Virus record (IMG/VR): IMGVR_UViG_3300037493_001856
Coordinates: 1 to 62,362 of that record
Direction: 5' to 3' (one strand)
Length of the DNA stretch: 62,362 nt
DNA from: a virus
Lineage: Duplodnaviria > Caudoviricetes
The notes under the pieces were generated by a model that had not been told where the DNA came from, searched no databases, and was given only the letters and a program-made list of their open reading frames with translations. Shown here in pieces: positions 51,770 through 61,872 of the stretch; within the stretch, counting starts at the first letter, position 1; each line of letters opens with the position of its first letter. Made by a program: the position numbers and the translations under genes.

Positions 51770-52789
51770 ATGGTCACTGAAAACACGGAACTGGAAACAG
51801 AGTTTGAGGAAGCGGACGAGCTATTGGACGACGCCGACCTCGAAGTTGTTGTTGATGAGTCGGAGGAAGACCCCCCTGCAGAGGAAGCTCCTGCAGAGGA
51901 AGCTCCTGCGGAAGAGGCGGAGCCCGACACCGAGCCCGACACCGAGCCCGACACCGAGGAAGAGCAGGACGCCGAGCTTGCGGCGATGCCTGACAAGGTG
52001 AAGAAGCGCTTCATGCGCGAGAAGCGCCTGCGCGACACAATCATCCAAGAGCGCGAGCAGATTCGCACGGCGGCGATTCAGGTGGCGACGTTTGCCAAGC
52101 AGCGAGAGGACGAGGTGGCGGGGCTCAAGCGGCAGAATGCGTCTTTGCAGAAGCAGTTCGCTGAAACGCTCGACTACGCCTACGATAGGGACATCAGCAT
52201 CACGGCGTCCGAGATTCGCCGTGCCAAGGAAGACGGCAACTACGACGCGGAACTGAAGCTGCAAGGTGATCTGGACAAGCTGCGATTCCAGCAGAACCAG
52301 CTGCGGCAGGTGAAAGCGACGCTACCGGAGCCCGAAGCGGCAGTACAGGCTCCACAACCACAGCAGCCGCAAGTACAGGCTCCACAACAGCAAGCAGAGC
52401 CCCAGCAACGCGGAGCGCCGCCATCTCCCCTCGCGGTCAAATGGATCAATAACAACAAAGCGTGGTTCCTCAACCCGAAGTTCAAGGCACATCACAGCTT
52501 CGTTCGTACTATTGATTCCGAGATTGTTGCCGAAGGCTACGATCCGCAGTCGCCGGAGTATTACAAAGAGCTGGATCGGAGGGTCGACGAGGCGTTCCCG
52601 GCCCTGCGCAAGAAGCCCAAGACTGTCGCGTCTCCTGTGGGGGCGGTAGGCAACGCGCCTGCAAGCAACAGCTCAAGCCGCACCATCAAACTGGGCCGAA
52701 GCGATCTCGAAAACATGCGCCGTTACGGCCTCGACCCAACCAACAAGGAGCACCTCCGTGAATACGCCCGCTCGAAACGTGCCGCTTGA
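51770..52789 (+). CDS. Putative scaffolding protein
   Basis: Acidic N-terminus, coiled coil, W...N.WF, EYY.ELD.R, EYA C-terminus. Confidence 0.7.
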   Translation: MVTENTELETEFEEADELLDDADLEVVVDESEEDPPAEEAPAEEAPAEEAEPDTEPDTEPDTEEEQDAELAAMPDKVKKRFMREKRLRDTIIQEREQIRTAAIQVATFAKQREDEVAGLKRQNASLQKQFAETLDYAYDRDISITASEIRRAKEDGNYDAELKLQGDLDKLRFQQNQLRQVKATLPEPEAAVQAPQPQQPQVQAPQQQAEPQQRGAPPSPLAVKWINNNKAWFLNPKFKAHHSFVRTIDSEIVAEGYDPQSPEYYKELDRRVDEAFPALRKKPKTVASPVGAVGNAPASNSSSRTIKLGRSDLENMRRYGLDPTNKEHLREYARSKRAA

Positions 52790-52832
52790 ATCAGGCATTC
52801 CCATCCCCCCAAACACCAAAAAAGGACCGAAA

Positions 52833-53336
52833 ATGGACCGCACCCTGCAACAAGAACGTAGCGCCCCTCCCGTTCACGAAGCCCGTCAGTACGACACATG
52901 GGATGATGTCGATGTCCATGCCGAGGAAGACAAACCTTGGGTTCGCCCGACCAGTCTCGAAGCACCCCCGCCGCGTCCCGGCCTTGTCCAGCGATGGATT
53001 CGCGTCGGCAGCATGGGGCAGGACGACCCCATCAACACCGCGCGCAAGTTCCGCGAAGGCTGGAAACCGCGTCCGGCATCGTCGATCCCCGCCGGCTGGC
53101 ACACCCCGTCGATCAATCACGGCAAGTGGGCCGGGTGTATCGGTGTCGAAGGGATGCTGCTCTGCGAGATGCCCGAGAAGATGGTGGCCAAGCGCAACAA
53201 GCACTATCGCGACAAGACTGACCTGACGACGAACAACCTTGCCGCCGAGCTGCAGAAGCATTCCCGCGCAGACATGCCGATCACGCAGGATCGGAAGTCC
53301 ACGACCCAGATGATCCGGGTGAAAGACGATGAGTAA
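52833..53336 (+). CDS. Conserved head-module protein
   Basis: W.RP..LEAP.P.PG...RWIR, REGW.P, G.LLC.MP. Confidence 0.7.
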   Translation: MDRTLQQERSAPPVHEARQYDTWDDVDVHAEEDKPWVRPTSLEAPPPRPGLVQRWIRVGSMGQDDPINTARKFREGWKPRPASSIPAGWHTPSINHGKWAGCIGVEGMLLCEMPEKMVAKRNKHYRDKTDLTTNNLAAELQKHSRADMPITQDRKSTTQMIRVKDDE

Positions 53337-53470
53337 TTGATTTCCGCTCGCAGACCGGGTATAGTCTGCGTACTCCTTGGACGGAGAAATAGAACGGATG
53401 CTTCACATGCACTCTGGCGGGTCGTTCCCCGTTCGTCCAACTCCTTCGGGAGAGAGTGCAGGTGAAGCAT
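53337..53470 (+). promoter_or_regulatory. Promoter (TTGATT-17-TATAGT) plus structured leader of the Rha gene
   Basis: Arms 53398..53415 and 53453..53470 pair 17/18; TTGGACG and CGTCCAA give an alternative pairing. Confidence 0.6.
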
Positions 53471-53488
53471 TTTCTTTTGGAGAAGCAC

Positions 53489-54115
53489 ATGAACCAAGTA
53501 GCGACAGTCAACTCAAGCGGCACCAGTAACCTGACCTCTGTAGAGATCGCGGAACTGACGGGGAAGCGGCACGCAGATGTGATGGTCGACATCAAGAAGA
53601 TGCTGGAACAGCTTCAAATTCCGCCAACGGAGTTTTCCGTTGGCTATACAGATCAACAAGGTAAGCCCCGTCCTTGCTTCTCCCTCCCTCCCCGCGAAGT
53701 GAAAATCCTCATCACTGGATACGACGTGGTTCGTCGTGCAAAAGTGATCGACCGGTTGGAGCAACTGGAGGCCGGTGTCAGACCCAAGGATTTTGTGGCG
53801 GCGCTTCGCGCCTACGCCGACGAGGTGGAGCAAAAAGAGCGGCTACAGCTTCAACTGCAACAATCTGAGGTGCGCACCACGGCTCTTGAAATCACATTGG
53901 ACCGCGCAGAGCACCACGCTAGTGTGAAGAAGATGGAGGCCAGATACGGTCGCAGTTTCCCGTGGCAACCCCTGAAGGACCACTCGCGTATGCACGGGTA
54001 CGACATGCCGAAGGTTTTTGACCAGAACTACGAGCGCGGGGTCAACGCATATCACGACGATGTGTGGATGGCTGTATACCAAGTAACCACCAGAGCACAC
54101 AAAATAACCGCTTGA
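53489..54115 (+). CDS. rha: Rha-family phage regulatory/antirepressor protein
   Basis: LTS.EIAELTGKRH.DV..DI, Y.D.QG..RPCF.LP.RE..IL..GY....R.KVIDR. Confidence 0.85.
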   Translation: MNQVATVNSSGTSNLTSVEIAELTGKRHADVMVDIKKMLEQLQIPPTEFSVGYTDQQGKPRPCFSLPPREVKILITGYDVVRRAKVIDRLEQLEAGVRPKDFVAALRAYADEVEQKERLQLQLQQSEVRTTALEITLDRAEHHASVKKMEARYGRSFPWQPLKDHSRMHGYDMPKVFDQNYERGVNAYHDDVWMAVYQVTTRAHKITA

Positions 54116-54140
54116 CAACGTAAAAAATAGTCGGTAGGCT
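54112..54140 (+). promoter_or_regulatory. Sigma70-like promoter TTGACA-17-TAGGCT for the capsid genes
   Basis: Consensus -35 with correct spacing. Confidence 0.5.
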
Positions 54141-54259
54141 GCGCCCCACACAGTAGTTTTGATGTCCCAAATTACTGGCGGGGCGCAGATGCCGATTATT
54201 CCTTCTGTGCAGATGACGGGGCGAAACAGCTTTTTCATTTGACACAAAGGAGAACTATT

Positions 54260-54808
54260 TTGGCAAATACTGACGCGCCGCGCGGGTTTGTACCCGTAGG
54301 CCACAAAGGTGGTGGCGATATTCGCACCGCCGAATTCCAAGTCAAATATGACTACGCCACCGCGATTTATACCGGTGATTCCGTCATCTTCACATCCGGT
54401 TACGTGACCATCGGCGCGCAAGACTCCTCCGCTGTGCTCGGCGTGTTCGCTGGCTGCGAGTACCGCGACAACTCCGGCAACGTCGTTTTCTCGAAATACT
54501 GGCCCGGTGTTGCCCTGACCGACACGGCAGCTGTTGTTAAGGCGCTTGTCTATGTTGATCCGGACATCCTGTACGAAGTGCAGACCGACACCGGCACGAC
54601 TAGCTCTATTGCCAGCGTGGGTGTTGCCTACGACATGGAAGCCGACCACAGCGGTTCGACCTTGACTGGACAATCAGGCCAAGAAATCGACATCAGCGAT
54701 ACCGGCACCGGCCAGTGGATGGTCTACGGTCTGGCCGCAAAAGCGGATAACGCTTGGGGCATCAACGCCAAGGTTATTGTGTTCAACAACGTGCCTATCA
54801 TGGCCTAA
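54260..54808 (+). CDS. Capsid decoration/cement protein
   Basis: AN.DAPRGF.PV, GVF.GCEY, DPD..YEVQ; TTG start with RBS AAGGAG; precedes the MCP. Confidence 0.65.
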   Translation: MANTDAPRGFVPVGHKGGGDIRTAEFQVKYDYATAIYTGDSVIFTSGYVTIGAQDSSAVLGVFAGCEYRDNSGNVVFSKYWPGVALTDTAAVVKALVYVDPDILYEVQTDTGTTSSIASVGVAYDMEADHSGSTLTGQSGQEIDISDTGTGQWMVYGLAAKADNAWGINAKVIVFNNVPIMA

Positions 54809-54823
54809 TCAAGGAGAACGATC

Positions 54824-55735
54824 ATGGCTATGAATCGCGCACTCATCAAAAAGCAACTCCAAGAAGGGCTTGATGCCGTCTTCGGTCTGGAATACAAACA
54901 ACAACCCGAAGGCTGGCGTGAGTTCTGCTCCGTCGCCAAGGAGTCCAAGAAAGCCTACATCGAGCAGGTTCTGATGTCGGGTCTGGGCGGCGGCGTGGTC
55001 AAGGCTGAAGGCTCTGGCTACACGTTCGACGAAGGCTCGGAAGGCTGGGTTGCCCGTCTGGTGTTTGAGACTGTCGCTCTGGCAGTTGCGATCACCGAAG
55101 AAGCCCAAGAGGACGACCTCTACGCCGACCTCGGCAGTCAGATGGCCAAGGCCCTTGCCCGTTCGATGCAATACACCAAGAACGTCAAGGGGGCCAACAT
55201 GCTGAACTACGCTTTCACCGCAGGCTACACTGGCGGCGACGGCAAGGTTCTGCTGGCCACTGACCACCCGCTGATGGGTGGCGGAACTCTGGCCAACACC
55301 CTCACGACTCAGGCGGACTTGTCCGAGACGGCGCTGGAAGATATGCTGATCCTGATTGGGGATGCTGTTGACGAGCGCGGCCTGCCGGTGCACATCACTG
55401 CCAAGAAGCTGATCACCCCGACCGAGCTGCAATTCACCGCGCAACGTCTGCTGAAGACAGATGGCCGAGTTGGCACGGCTGACAACGACATCAACGCCCT
55501 GAAGAGCATGGGGCTGATCGCTGGAGGCTTCTGCAGCAACGTTTACCTGAGTGATCCGGATGCATGGTTCATCACCACTGATGCCGAAAACGGCCTGCAA
55601 TATGTTGAGCGTTCCGCCTTGAAGAAGAAGATGGACGGCGACGACAACACCGGCAACATCAGGTATCGTGTGCGTGAGCGCTACGGCTTCTTCTGGGGTA
55701 ACCCACGCGGCTTGTATGGTTCGAGCGGCGCTTGA
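54824..55735 (+). CDS. Major capsid protein
   Basis: NRA...KQL.EGL.A.FG.EY, K.EG, ITEEA.EDDLY, ALARSM..TK, DLSE.ALE, RERY. Confidence 0.92.
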   Translation: MAMNRALIKKQLQEGLDAVFGLEYKQQPEGWREFCSVAKESKKAYIEQVLMSGLGGGVVKAEGSGYTFDEGSEGWVARLVFETVALAVAITEEAQEDDLYADLGSQMAKALARSMQYTKNVKGANMLNYAFTAGYTGGDGKVLLATDHPLMGGGTLANTLTTQADLSETALEDMLILIGDAVDERGLPVHITAKKLITPTELQFTAQRLLKTDGRVGTADNDINALKSMGLIAGGFCSNVYLSDPDAWFITTDAENGLQYVERSALKKKMDGDDNTGNIRYRVRERYGFFWGNPRGLYGSSGA

Positions 55736-55762
55736 TGCCAGCAGCATAACGTAAGACTAGGA

Positions 55763-55788
55763 GCCGCCCTTCGGGGCGGTTTCTTTTT
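55763..55788 (+). terminator. Rho-independent terminator after the capsid gene
   Basis: GCCGCCC-TTCG-GGGCGGT followed by TTCTTTTT. Confidence 0.85.
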
Positions 55789-55858
55789 GCTTGACCCTCC
55801 CGTAAAACACTGATACCCTACGGGCACCTAACCAGTCATTTTCTTGAAGGAGATCAAA

Positions 55859-56626
55859 ATGAGCACAGGATTTGCAGGAACCCTCGTTCACGCCCCCACG
55901 TCCACCGTTGAGGGGTACAAGTATCGCGCGCGCATGGGCATGATGCCCTCCGCAGAATTCGATGTTTGGCATGACGACTTTCACCAGTACATCTTTCCCG
56001 CCACTACTGCCAACGTCGGTGTTATCAACACCCCGTGGGGCTGGCAAGGCGCAGCGATTGACACTGCTGGCACCGCCCTTGTAACGACTACTGCGGCTGT
56101 TGGCCGTAACGGTGTCCTCGCCCTGACCGATGCTACCCTCTCCGAAGGCGTGGCGATCTACTCGAACAAGACGTTCCAGCTGGCGACAGGCAAGAAGTTC
56201 TTCTACGAAATGCGTTGCCGCACGGACGACGTGACGGACAACATCATCCAGTTCGGACTGTCCTCGCAAACAGCTATTTCGACCCCGGTCACCTTGTGGA
56301 ACACAGCCAACGACGATGTGCTGTCCTTCGGCATCGCTGACGGTGCAGCGACGACCGTGATGTATACAGATACGGCGAATGCGGGCATCACTACCACAAA
56401 CGGCGACGCAACCCCCTTGCTGGTTGTGAACACGTGGCACACCCTCGCGATCTACTTCGATGGTGCTACGGCATTCGGTTATGTCGATGGGACGCAGGTT
56501 GTGAAGACTGCGGTCACGATCCCGACCGGCGTGGCACTTGGCGCGTTCTTCGGCATGACGAACGGCAACGGCGCGGGCGGCAACAACCTGTGGGTGGACT
56601 ACACCCGAATCGTTTCCGAGCGTTGA
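55859..56626 (+). CDS. Virion protein (lectin/LamG-like beta sandwich)
   Basis: DDF..., WHTLAIYFDG....YVDG, VDY. Confidence 0.6.
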   Translation: MSTGFAGTLVHAPTSTVEGYKYRARMGMMPSAEFDVWHDDFHQYIFPATTANVGVINTPWGWQGAAIDTAGTALVTTTAAVGRNGVLALTDATLSEGVAIYSNKTFQLATGKKFFYEMRCRTDDVTDNIIQFGLSSQTAISTPVTLWNTANDDVLSFGIADGAATTVMYTDTANAGITTTNGDATPLLVVNTWHTLAIYFDGATAFGYVDGTQVVKTAVTIPTGVALGAFFGMTNGNGAGGNNLWVDYTRIVSER

Positions 56627-56676
56627 TTTTCCGGGGGGCTTCGGCCCCCTACTTCAATCTGACTTAGGAGACGGTC

Positions 56677-57324
56677 ATGCCGATCAAACCAAAACGCTGG
56701 GCGTTTACGCCCGTAACGGGAAGTGCCACAAACATCCGGGCGGCGTCCGCCGGAGCGACCGGCGCGCTTGTGCTCGCAGGCGCACTGACTTCTGGTGGAG
56801 TAGTGCCCAAGCAAGAACTGGCGTACTACCTGTTGCTGACGACGACCGCCGCTGACCAAGCACGCGTGCTCACGATTGTCGGTACGGATTCAGACGGTGC
56901 TGCTTTGACCGAGGCGATCAACCTTCCGAACAACACCACGGCGATCACGGTCAACGCATTCCGTTCGCTCAGTAGCGCTACGTTGGACGCTGGCGGTGCA
57001 ACTATCGGTAACGTATCCATCGGAACGTCGAATGCAACCCGTTCCGCGCTGACACCAACCATGCCGCTGGATGTGTACTGCAAAGACACGGTGATCAACA
57101 CCGACATCTCCGGCACGATCAACTTCACGATCCAGAAATGCCATCAGATGCTGAATCGTGGGCAGACCGCGCAGTGGCTGACTGCTGAAGCTGCAGGAGC
57201 CATCGACGTGACTACGGTGCTGACGAGTTCGGTGTCGGCCATTCGCGGGCTGATTTCCAGCTACACCAACAACGCGACCATCGCTTTGAACGTGAATCAG
57301 GCAGGCTACATTGACTTGGAGTAA
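56677..57324 (+). CDS. Virion structural protein
   Basis: TIVGTD..G..LTE.I motif; RBS AGGAG. Confidence 0.6.
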   Translation: MPIKPKRWAFTPVTGSATNIRAASAGATGALVLAGALTSGGVVPKQELAYYLLLTTTAADQARVLTIVGTDSDGAALTEAINLPNNTTAITVNAFRSLSSATLDAGGATIGNVSIGTSNATRSALTPTMPLDVYCKDTVINTDISGTINFTIQKCHQMLNRGQTAQWLTAEAAGAIDVTTVLTSSVSAIRGLISSYTNNATIALNVNQAGYIDLE

Positions 57325-57327
57325 CGC

Positions 57328-58008
57328 ATGGCCACGTCAAACACGTACGCGTTCAGCCCCGATACGGCGGAGTTCGTCGAGGAAGCATTCGAGCGTTGTG
57401 GGTTAGACCCTGCTGCCCTGACAGCGAGGCACGCGCGCTCCGCACGGCGCAGCCTCGACTTCCTGTTCTCCGAATGGAGCAACAAGGGGCCGCATCTCTG
57501 GGCGGTTGATCAACAGACGCAGATACTGACTGCGGCGGATGCCAGCTACAATGCGCCGACCGGGACGATTGCCATCCTTGAGATGGTCATCCGGCGGGAC
57601 GGGATGGACGTGCCTGTGTCCCCGATGTCGCGCGCGGAGTATCTGGCCATCCCGGACAAGACCTCGCAGGGTATGCCGAGTCGGTTCTTCTTCGACCGCG
57701 TGGCTACGACGCCTGTCATCTACCTATGGAACACCCCAGAGAACAGCACCGACGCGATCTTCTACTACCGGATGCGGCAGTTCCAAGACGTGGGCGTGGC
57801 GTCGAACACGCTGGATATTCCCCCCAGATGGCAAGAGGCGCTCGCCAGCGGGCTTGCTGCGAAGCTGGCAGTCAAGTATGCCCCTGACAGGATTGGACCG
57901 CTCACAGGGGCGGCAACCGCGCGCTTCAAGGAAGCAACGACGGAAGATCGGGAGCGGATGCCGACGAACACCCGTGTAAGATATTCGACAGGACTGAGGG
58001 GAAGGTGA
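57328..58008 (+). CDS. Head-tail adaptor (tail tubular A-like)
   Basis: MATS.T..F, EEAFERCG, ARRSL..L..EW.N.G..LW, EY..IP.K...G.P. Confidence 0.75.
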   Translation: MATSNTYAFSPDTAEFVEEAFERCGLDPAALTARHARSARRSLDFLFSEWSNKGPHLWAVDQQTQILTAADASYNAPTGTIAILEMVIRRDGMDVPVSPMSRAEYLAIPDKTSQGMPSRFFFDRVATTPVIYLWNTPENSTDAIFYYRMRQFQDVGVASNTLDIPPRWQEALASGLAAKLAVKYAPDRIGPLTGAATARFKEATTEDRERMPTNTRVRYSTGLRGR

Positions 58009-58634
58009 TGGAACGCGACAGCGACATGGTGAAAAAAATCCGCGCGATGGCAATGCGCGATGAGGGTATTTCCGACGCCGAGATGGCAGCGATTCAAGCG
58101 GAGAAACTCGCGCTTATGGCGGAACGTGAAGGGGGCCCCGCAGCAATTCGGGCAGCGATGCGTCCTCGTGCTGCACCGAAAGCAACCGCTCGTGCGCCCG
58201 TTGCTCGGTCATTGCCTCCGGAGGCAGACAGTGAGTACGTCAGGTCGATGATTGCTCGTGATCGCGCTCCGGTCACTCGTCCGCTCCCGGCAGGTACTCC
58301 CGACCCTCAGTGGCTGATTGAGCAGCTGCAGCAACGCGAGCAACCTCAGGCGCAGTTCGGCCCTCCCGAAATGCGGGGTATGGAAGGGGCTATTGGTGGG
58401 GCGATGCAGCGCGCTGCTCCCCCTATGCCGCGTCGTCCACTGATGGCAGAGCCGCAGGCTGCACCCCCCGCCGCGCAGGCGCAAGAAGCCTTGGCTCAGA
58501 TGCCTCCCGAGCAACAACAAGGGCTGTTGCAGATGCTGATGCAAATGCTCCGACCGCAACAAGGTCCGCAACCGGGGCAGTGGGGGCAACCCGTACCGCA
58601 ACTCAGGAATCCGGCGGCTACGCCGATGCCGTAA
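58005..58634 (+). CDS. Pro/Gln/Ala-rich hypothetical protein
   Basis: Low-complexity ORF in the operon. Confidence 0.5.
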   Translation: MMERDSDMVKKIRAMAMRDEGISDAEMAAIQAEKLALMAEREGGPAAIRAAMRPRAAPKATARAPVARSLPPEADSEYVRSMIARDRAPVTRPLPAGTPDPQWLIEQLQQREQPQAQFGPPEMRGMEGAIGGAMQRAAPPMPRRPLMAEPQAAPPAAQAQEALAQMPPEQQQGLLQMLMQMLRPQQGPQPGQWGQPVPQLRNPAATPMP

Positions 58635-58922
58635 ATGGCCTCCTACGCAAAAGGCAAGCACGCCGTTGGCTACTGCCGACGTTGTGGCGACAAGGTAAAG
58701 CTCTCCCGGCTTCGGCCTGACGGGGAGAATAACCTGCTTGTCTGTGCGGAGTGCTACGACATTCAGCACCCGGCGGAACGACCGGTGCGTGTCGATGATG
58801 CGATTGCTCTGCGGCGTCCGGCTCCTGACCTTGATGCTGCTGCTTCTCGCGTCCTTGACGACGACCGCCCGTTGGGCGAAATTCTGTTCGGCGCGGGTAA
58901 CTATTTCGGGACTCAGCCATGA
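58635..58922 (+). CDS. Conserved zinc-binding virion-module protein
   Basis: YA.GK.A...C.RCG...VC.EC.D..HP. Confidence 0.7.
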   Translation: MASYAKGKHAVGYCRRCGDKVKLSRLRPDGENNLLVCAECYDIQHPAERPVRVDDAIALRRPAPDLDAAASRVLDDDRPLGEILFGAGNYFGTQP

Positions 58923-59572
58923 GTACAAGTTTCACATATGCAACTCTCGTCACGGCGTTGCGGGACACCACGGAAGATCAGGGGGCGGAGTTCCTTGCCT
59001 ATATCCCTACGGCGATCCAGCTTGCAGAAGATCGGGTACTTCGTGACCTTGATCTTGAACTGTTCGACACGATAACGGCGCTTGCTTTTACGGCGACGAA
59101 CCCGGTAGTTACTAAGCCGACCGGGGCAATAGCGACGCGCACGCTGCACTACACGGACGTGAGTGGTAACTTCGTTTTGCTGGAGCCGCGTAGCTGGGAA
59201 TTCGTCAAGGATTACTGGCCCAATGCGACCACGACGACAGCAAGTCCCAAGTACTTTGCCGAGTACTCAGCGACACAGTACTACATCGCGGGGACACCTA
59301 GCGGAACCAACGTGGTTACAGCGCGGTGCGTCGTGAATCCTGCGGGCTTGACGAGCATCGTTACCACGACGTGGCTCTCGCAGTACATGGGTGACTTGTT
59401 GTTGAAGGCGTGCCTAATCGAGTCTGAGCAGTTCTTGAAGGCTGATCCCCGCATCCCTGTGTGGCAGGCGGACTATGCACAGCGCCTTGCAGCTGCGACG
59501 AAAATACTGAAACCAGAAGACCGTGTTGACTACACACCTATTACCGTAACATCTGCCCGCGAACCTGTTTAG
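58919..59572 (+). CDS. Second adaptor/connector-like protein
   Basis: TY..L, I.LAE.R, PKYFA, TWLS, LLL.ACL.E...FLK. Confidence 0.7.
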   Translation: MSTSFTYATLVTALRDTTEDQGAEFLAYIPTAIQLAEDRVLRDLDLELFDTITALAFTATNPVVTKPTGAIATRTLHYTDVSGNFVLLEPRSWEFVKDYWPNATTTTASPKYFAEYSATQYYIAGTPSGTNVVTARCVVNPAGLTSIVTTTWLSQYMGDLLLKACLIESEQFLKADPRIPVWQADYAQRLAAATKILKPEDRVDYTPITVTSAREPV

Positions 59573-59581
59573 GATACTGAC

Positions 59582-61072
59582 ATGGCTGATACATATTCCG
59601 ATCAACTACGCATTCGTCTGCAAGAGGACGGGGCGAACAGTTCAACGTGGGGGACGATTACCAACACGAACTTCGAGCTGTTTGAATCCTCGATTTCCGG
59701 GCTGGCCACGATCTCCACGACGGGAGGCACCTACGCGCTGTCTGAAACGAACGGCGCAGATGACGAGTCGCGTCATGCGATGTTGAAGGTCACGGGGGTA
59801 CTGGTGTCCAATTCCACCATCGTCGTGCCATCGAAAACGAAGAACTACACTGTTTGGAACGCAACGACAGGTGCATACACAGTTACCATCAAGACAGCGG
59901 CGGGGACCGGGGTGTTCGTTCCGCGAGACGGAGCTGTCGCTGTGTTTTGCGACGGCACGAACGTGTACTCAACCAACCGCGCGGCAGTCGATTCCACGTT
60001 TTCGATCTACGACGAGACGGACCCGACCAAGGCAGTTGGCTTTCAGGTTAGCGGGGTCACAACGGCAACGACGAGAACGCTTACTGTGCCTGATGCTAGT
60101 GGGACGGTAATGCTTACCAGTGCCATTGGAACTACCGTCCAAGCCTACGACGCCGACCTGACCACATGGGCAGGGATCACACCCGGCACCGGAGTCGCTA
60201 CGGCCCTCGCTGTCAATGTGGGGACTGCTGGCGCTCCGGTGGTCAACGGTGGCGCCCTCGGCACACCGTCAGGCGGAACAGTCACGAACCTGACCGGCAC
60301 AGCTTCTATCAACATCAACGGTACGGTTGGTGCTACGACTCCTGCATCTGTTGCTGCGACTACACTCTCTGCCACCGGAGTAACGACTGTTCAAGCCGGT
60401 ACAGCCCTCCTCCCCGCCATCATCCCATCAGGCGACCCCAATACCGGCATGTGGTTCCCTGCTGCGGATACGGTGGCGGTTAGTACAGGCGGCGCGGAGA
60501 GGATGCGGATTGATACGAGTGGCGTTTTGTCGATGGGGGCCACCGTTGCGCAGAAGATGAACTGGTACTTAAGCGGGAATACCAAATATGGTGTGTCAGT
60601 AATCAGTGGCGCATTGGCGCATTACACACCGACAGGCGGGAATCGTCATGCTTGGGGGGTAATGAGTACTACAGACGGGTCTACCTTTGGAGAAGTTGCC
60701 AATATAGATAACAGCGGGAATTTTGCGGTCATATCAGCAACAGGCTCCCTCGGCTACGGCACAGGCGCAGGTGGTACGGTTACTCAGGCGACGAGCAGAG
60801 TAACAGGGGTTACGCTCAATAAACCAACGGGCGCAATCACGCTTTTTACAGCGGCAGGATCAGCAACAGCAGCAACTTTCACTGTTACCAATACATTGGT
60901 TGCAGCAACAGACACCGTCGTTCTTTCTGTTAAATCTGGAACAAACGTCTATTTAACGGCGGTGACTGCTGTAGCGGCTAGCAGCTTCAATATAACGTTT
61001 TGGACTACTGGTGGCACAGCATCGGATGCTCCCGTTATCAACTTCGCCATCATCAAAGGAGCAACTTCGTGA
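59582..61072 (+). CDS. Tail fibre protein
   Basis: G.N..TWG.ITN.N attachment motif; VQAYDADL; GDPNTGM..PAADT; ERMRID; GYGTGAGGTVTQATS. Confidence 0.85.
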   Translation: MADTYSDQLRIRLQEDGANSSTWGTITNTNFELFESSISGLATISTTGGTYALSETNGADDESRHAMLKVTGVLVSNSTIVVPSKTKNYTVWNATTGAYTVTIKTAAGTGVFVPRDGAVAVFCDGTNVYSTNRAAVDSTFSIYDETDPTKAVGFQVSGVTTATTRTLTVPDASGTVMLTSAIGTTVQAYDADLTTWAGITPGTGVATALAVNVGTAGAPVVNGGALGTPSGGTVTNLTGTASININGTVGATTPASVAATTLSATGVTTVQAGTALLPAIIPSGDPNTGMWFPAADTVAVSTGGAERMRIDTSGVLSMGATVAQKMNWYLSGNTKYGVSVISGALAHYTPTGGNRHAWGVMSTTDGSTFGEVANIDNSGNFAVISATGSLGYGTGAGGTVTQATSRVTGVTLNKPTGAITLFTAAGSATAATFTVTNTLVAATDTVVLSVKSGTNVYLTAVTAVAASSFNITFWTTGGTASDAPVINFAIIKGATS

Positions 61073-61536
61073 TTATCCTAAAAGAAGTTAAGCACGACAT
61101 TCCCACCAACTCCGTCGAGGCGACGTGGGTTGAGAGAACCACAACGCCGGCTGTCATCGTTCCTGAATCTGTTTCCCCCGGCACAGTTGATGCCGATGGT
61201 AACGTGATCCTCGGCGCAGTCACTCCGCAGCACATCATCCCTGCCTTTGATACGGACGTACAAGTCCGCTGTCATTCCTACTCTGATCGGCAGATGGACA
61301 TGCTACGCGCTGATCTTGGTGCTGATGCTGCCGCCTACGCTGATCTAATCGCGGAAGTAGAAGCGAACATCAAGCCAATTCCGCCTGCCCCAGTAATTCC
61401 TTACACCGAGCTTCGCGCAGCAGCCTATCCCCCGGCTGCGGATTATCTCGACGCGTGGGTAAAGAATGATGCAGTCGCTCTGGAGAAATACCGCTCAGAC
61501 TGCTTGGCGGTCAAAGCGAAGTATCCGATGTCATGA
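61069..61536 (+). CDS. Putative tail-fibre-associated/assembly protein
   Basis: Y.ELR..AYP...DYLDA...VKAKYP motif; GTG start. Confidence 0.65.
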   Translation: MIILKEVKHDIPTNSVEATWVERTTTPAVIVPESVSPGTVDADGNVILGAVTPQHIIPAFDTDVQVRCHSYSDRQMDMLRADLGADAAAYADLIAEVEANIKPIPPAPVIPYTELRAAAYPPAADYLDAWVKNDAVALEKYRSDCLAVKAKYPMS

Positions 61537-61871
61537 GGGTATTCCAGATCACCACCTGCGACGAAGGCATCACCAATCCGAAGCGTTCTACCTTCGGAGT
61601 GACCCTCGCGCTGCGTTGGGGCGATGTATGCCACCCGCTCGGGCAAGACGGCAATTGGTTCCATGCTCCGTACTTCACCAAGGTGCTGCGGTTCTACAGC
61701 TACGTTCCGATGCCGTTCATTAGTGGCAACTTGTGGGGGTGGCGTTTTTATTTCGGAGCCAAGGTCTATGGCGCAGACGCGCCGGAGTACAAGTTCTGGA
61801 TGAACCCTGATGATGTATATGACGGGTCACAGGCGATTCAGTTTTCTGGACGGCTATACATAGGCGATTGA
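61533..61871 (+). CDS. Hypothetical aromatic-rich protein
   Basis: ATGA coupling. Confidence 0.5.
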   Translation: MRVFQITTCDEGITNPKRSTFGVTLALRWGDVCHPLGQDGNWFHAPYFTKVLRFYSYVPMPFISGNLWGWRFYFGAKVYGADAPEYKFWMNPDDVYDGSQAIQFSGRLYIGD

Positions 61872-61872
61872 C

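Noticed and set aside
55744-55758. GCATAAC-GTAAGAC after the capsid gene as an attC remnant
   Set aside because: No stem or L boxes; likely chance next to a normal terminator
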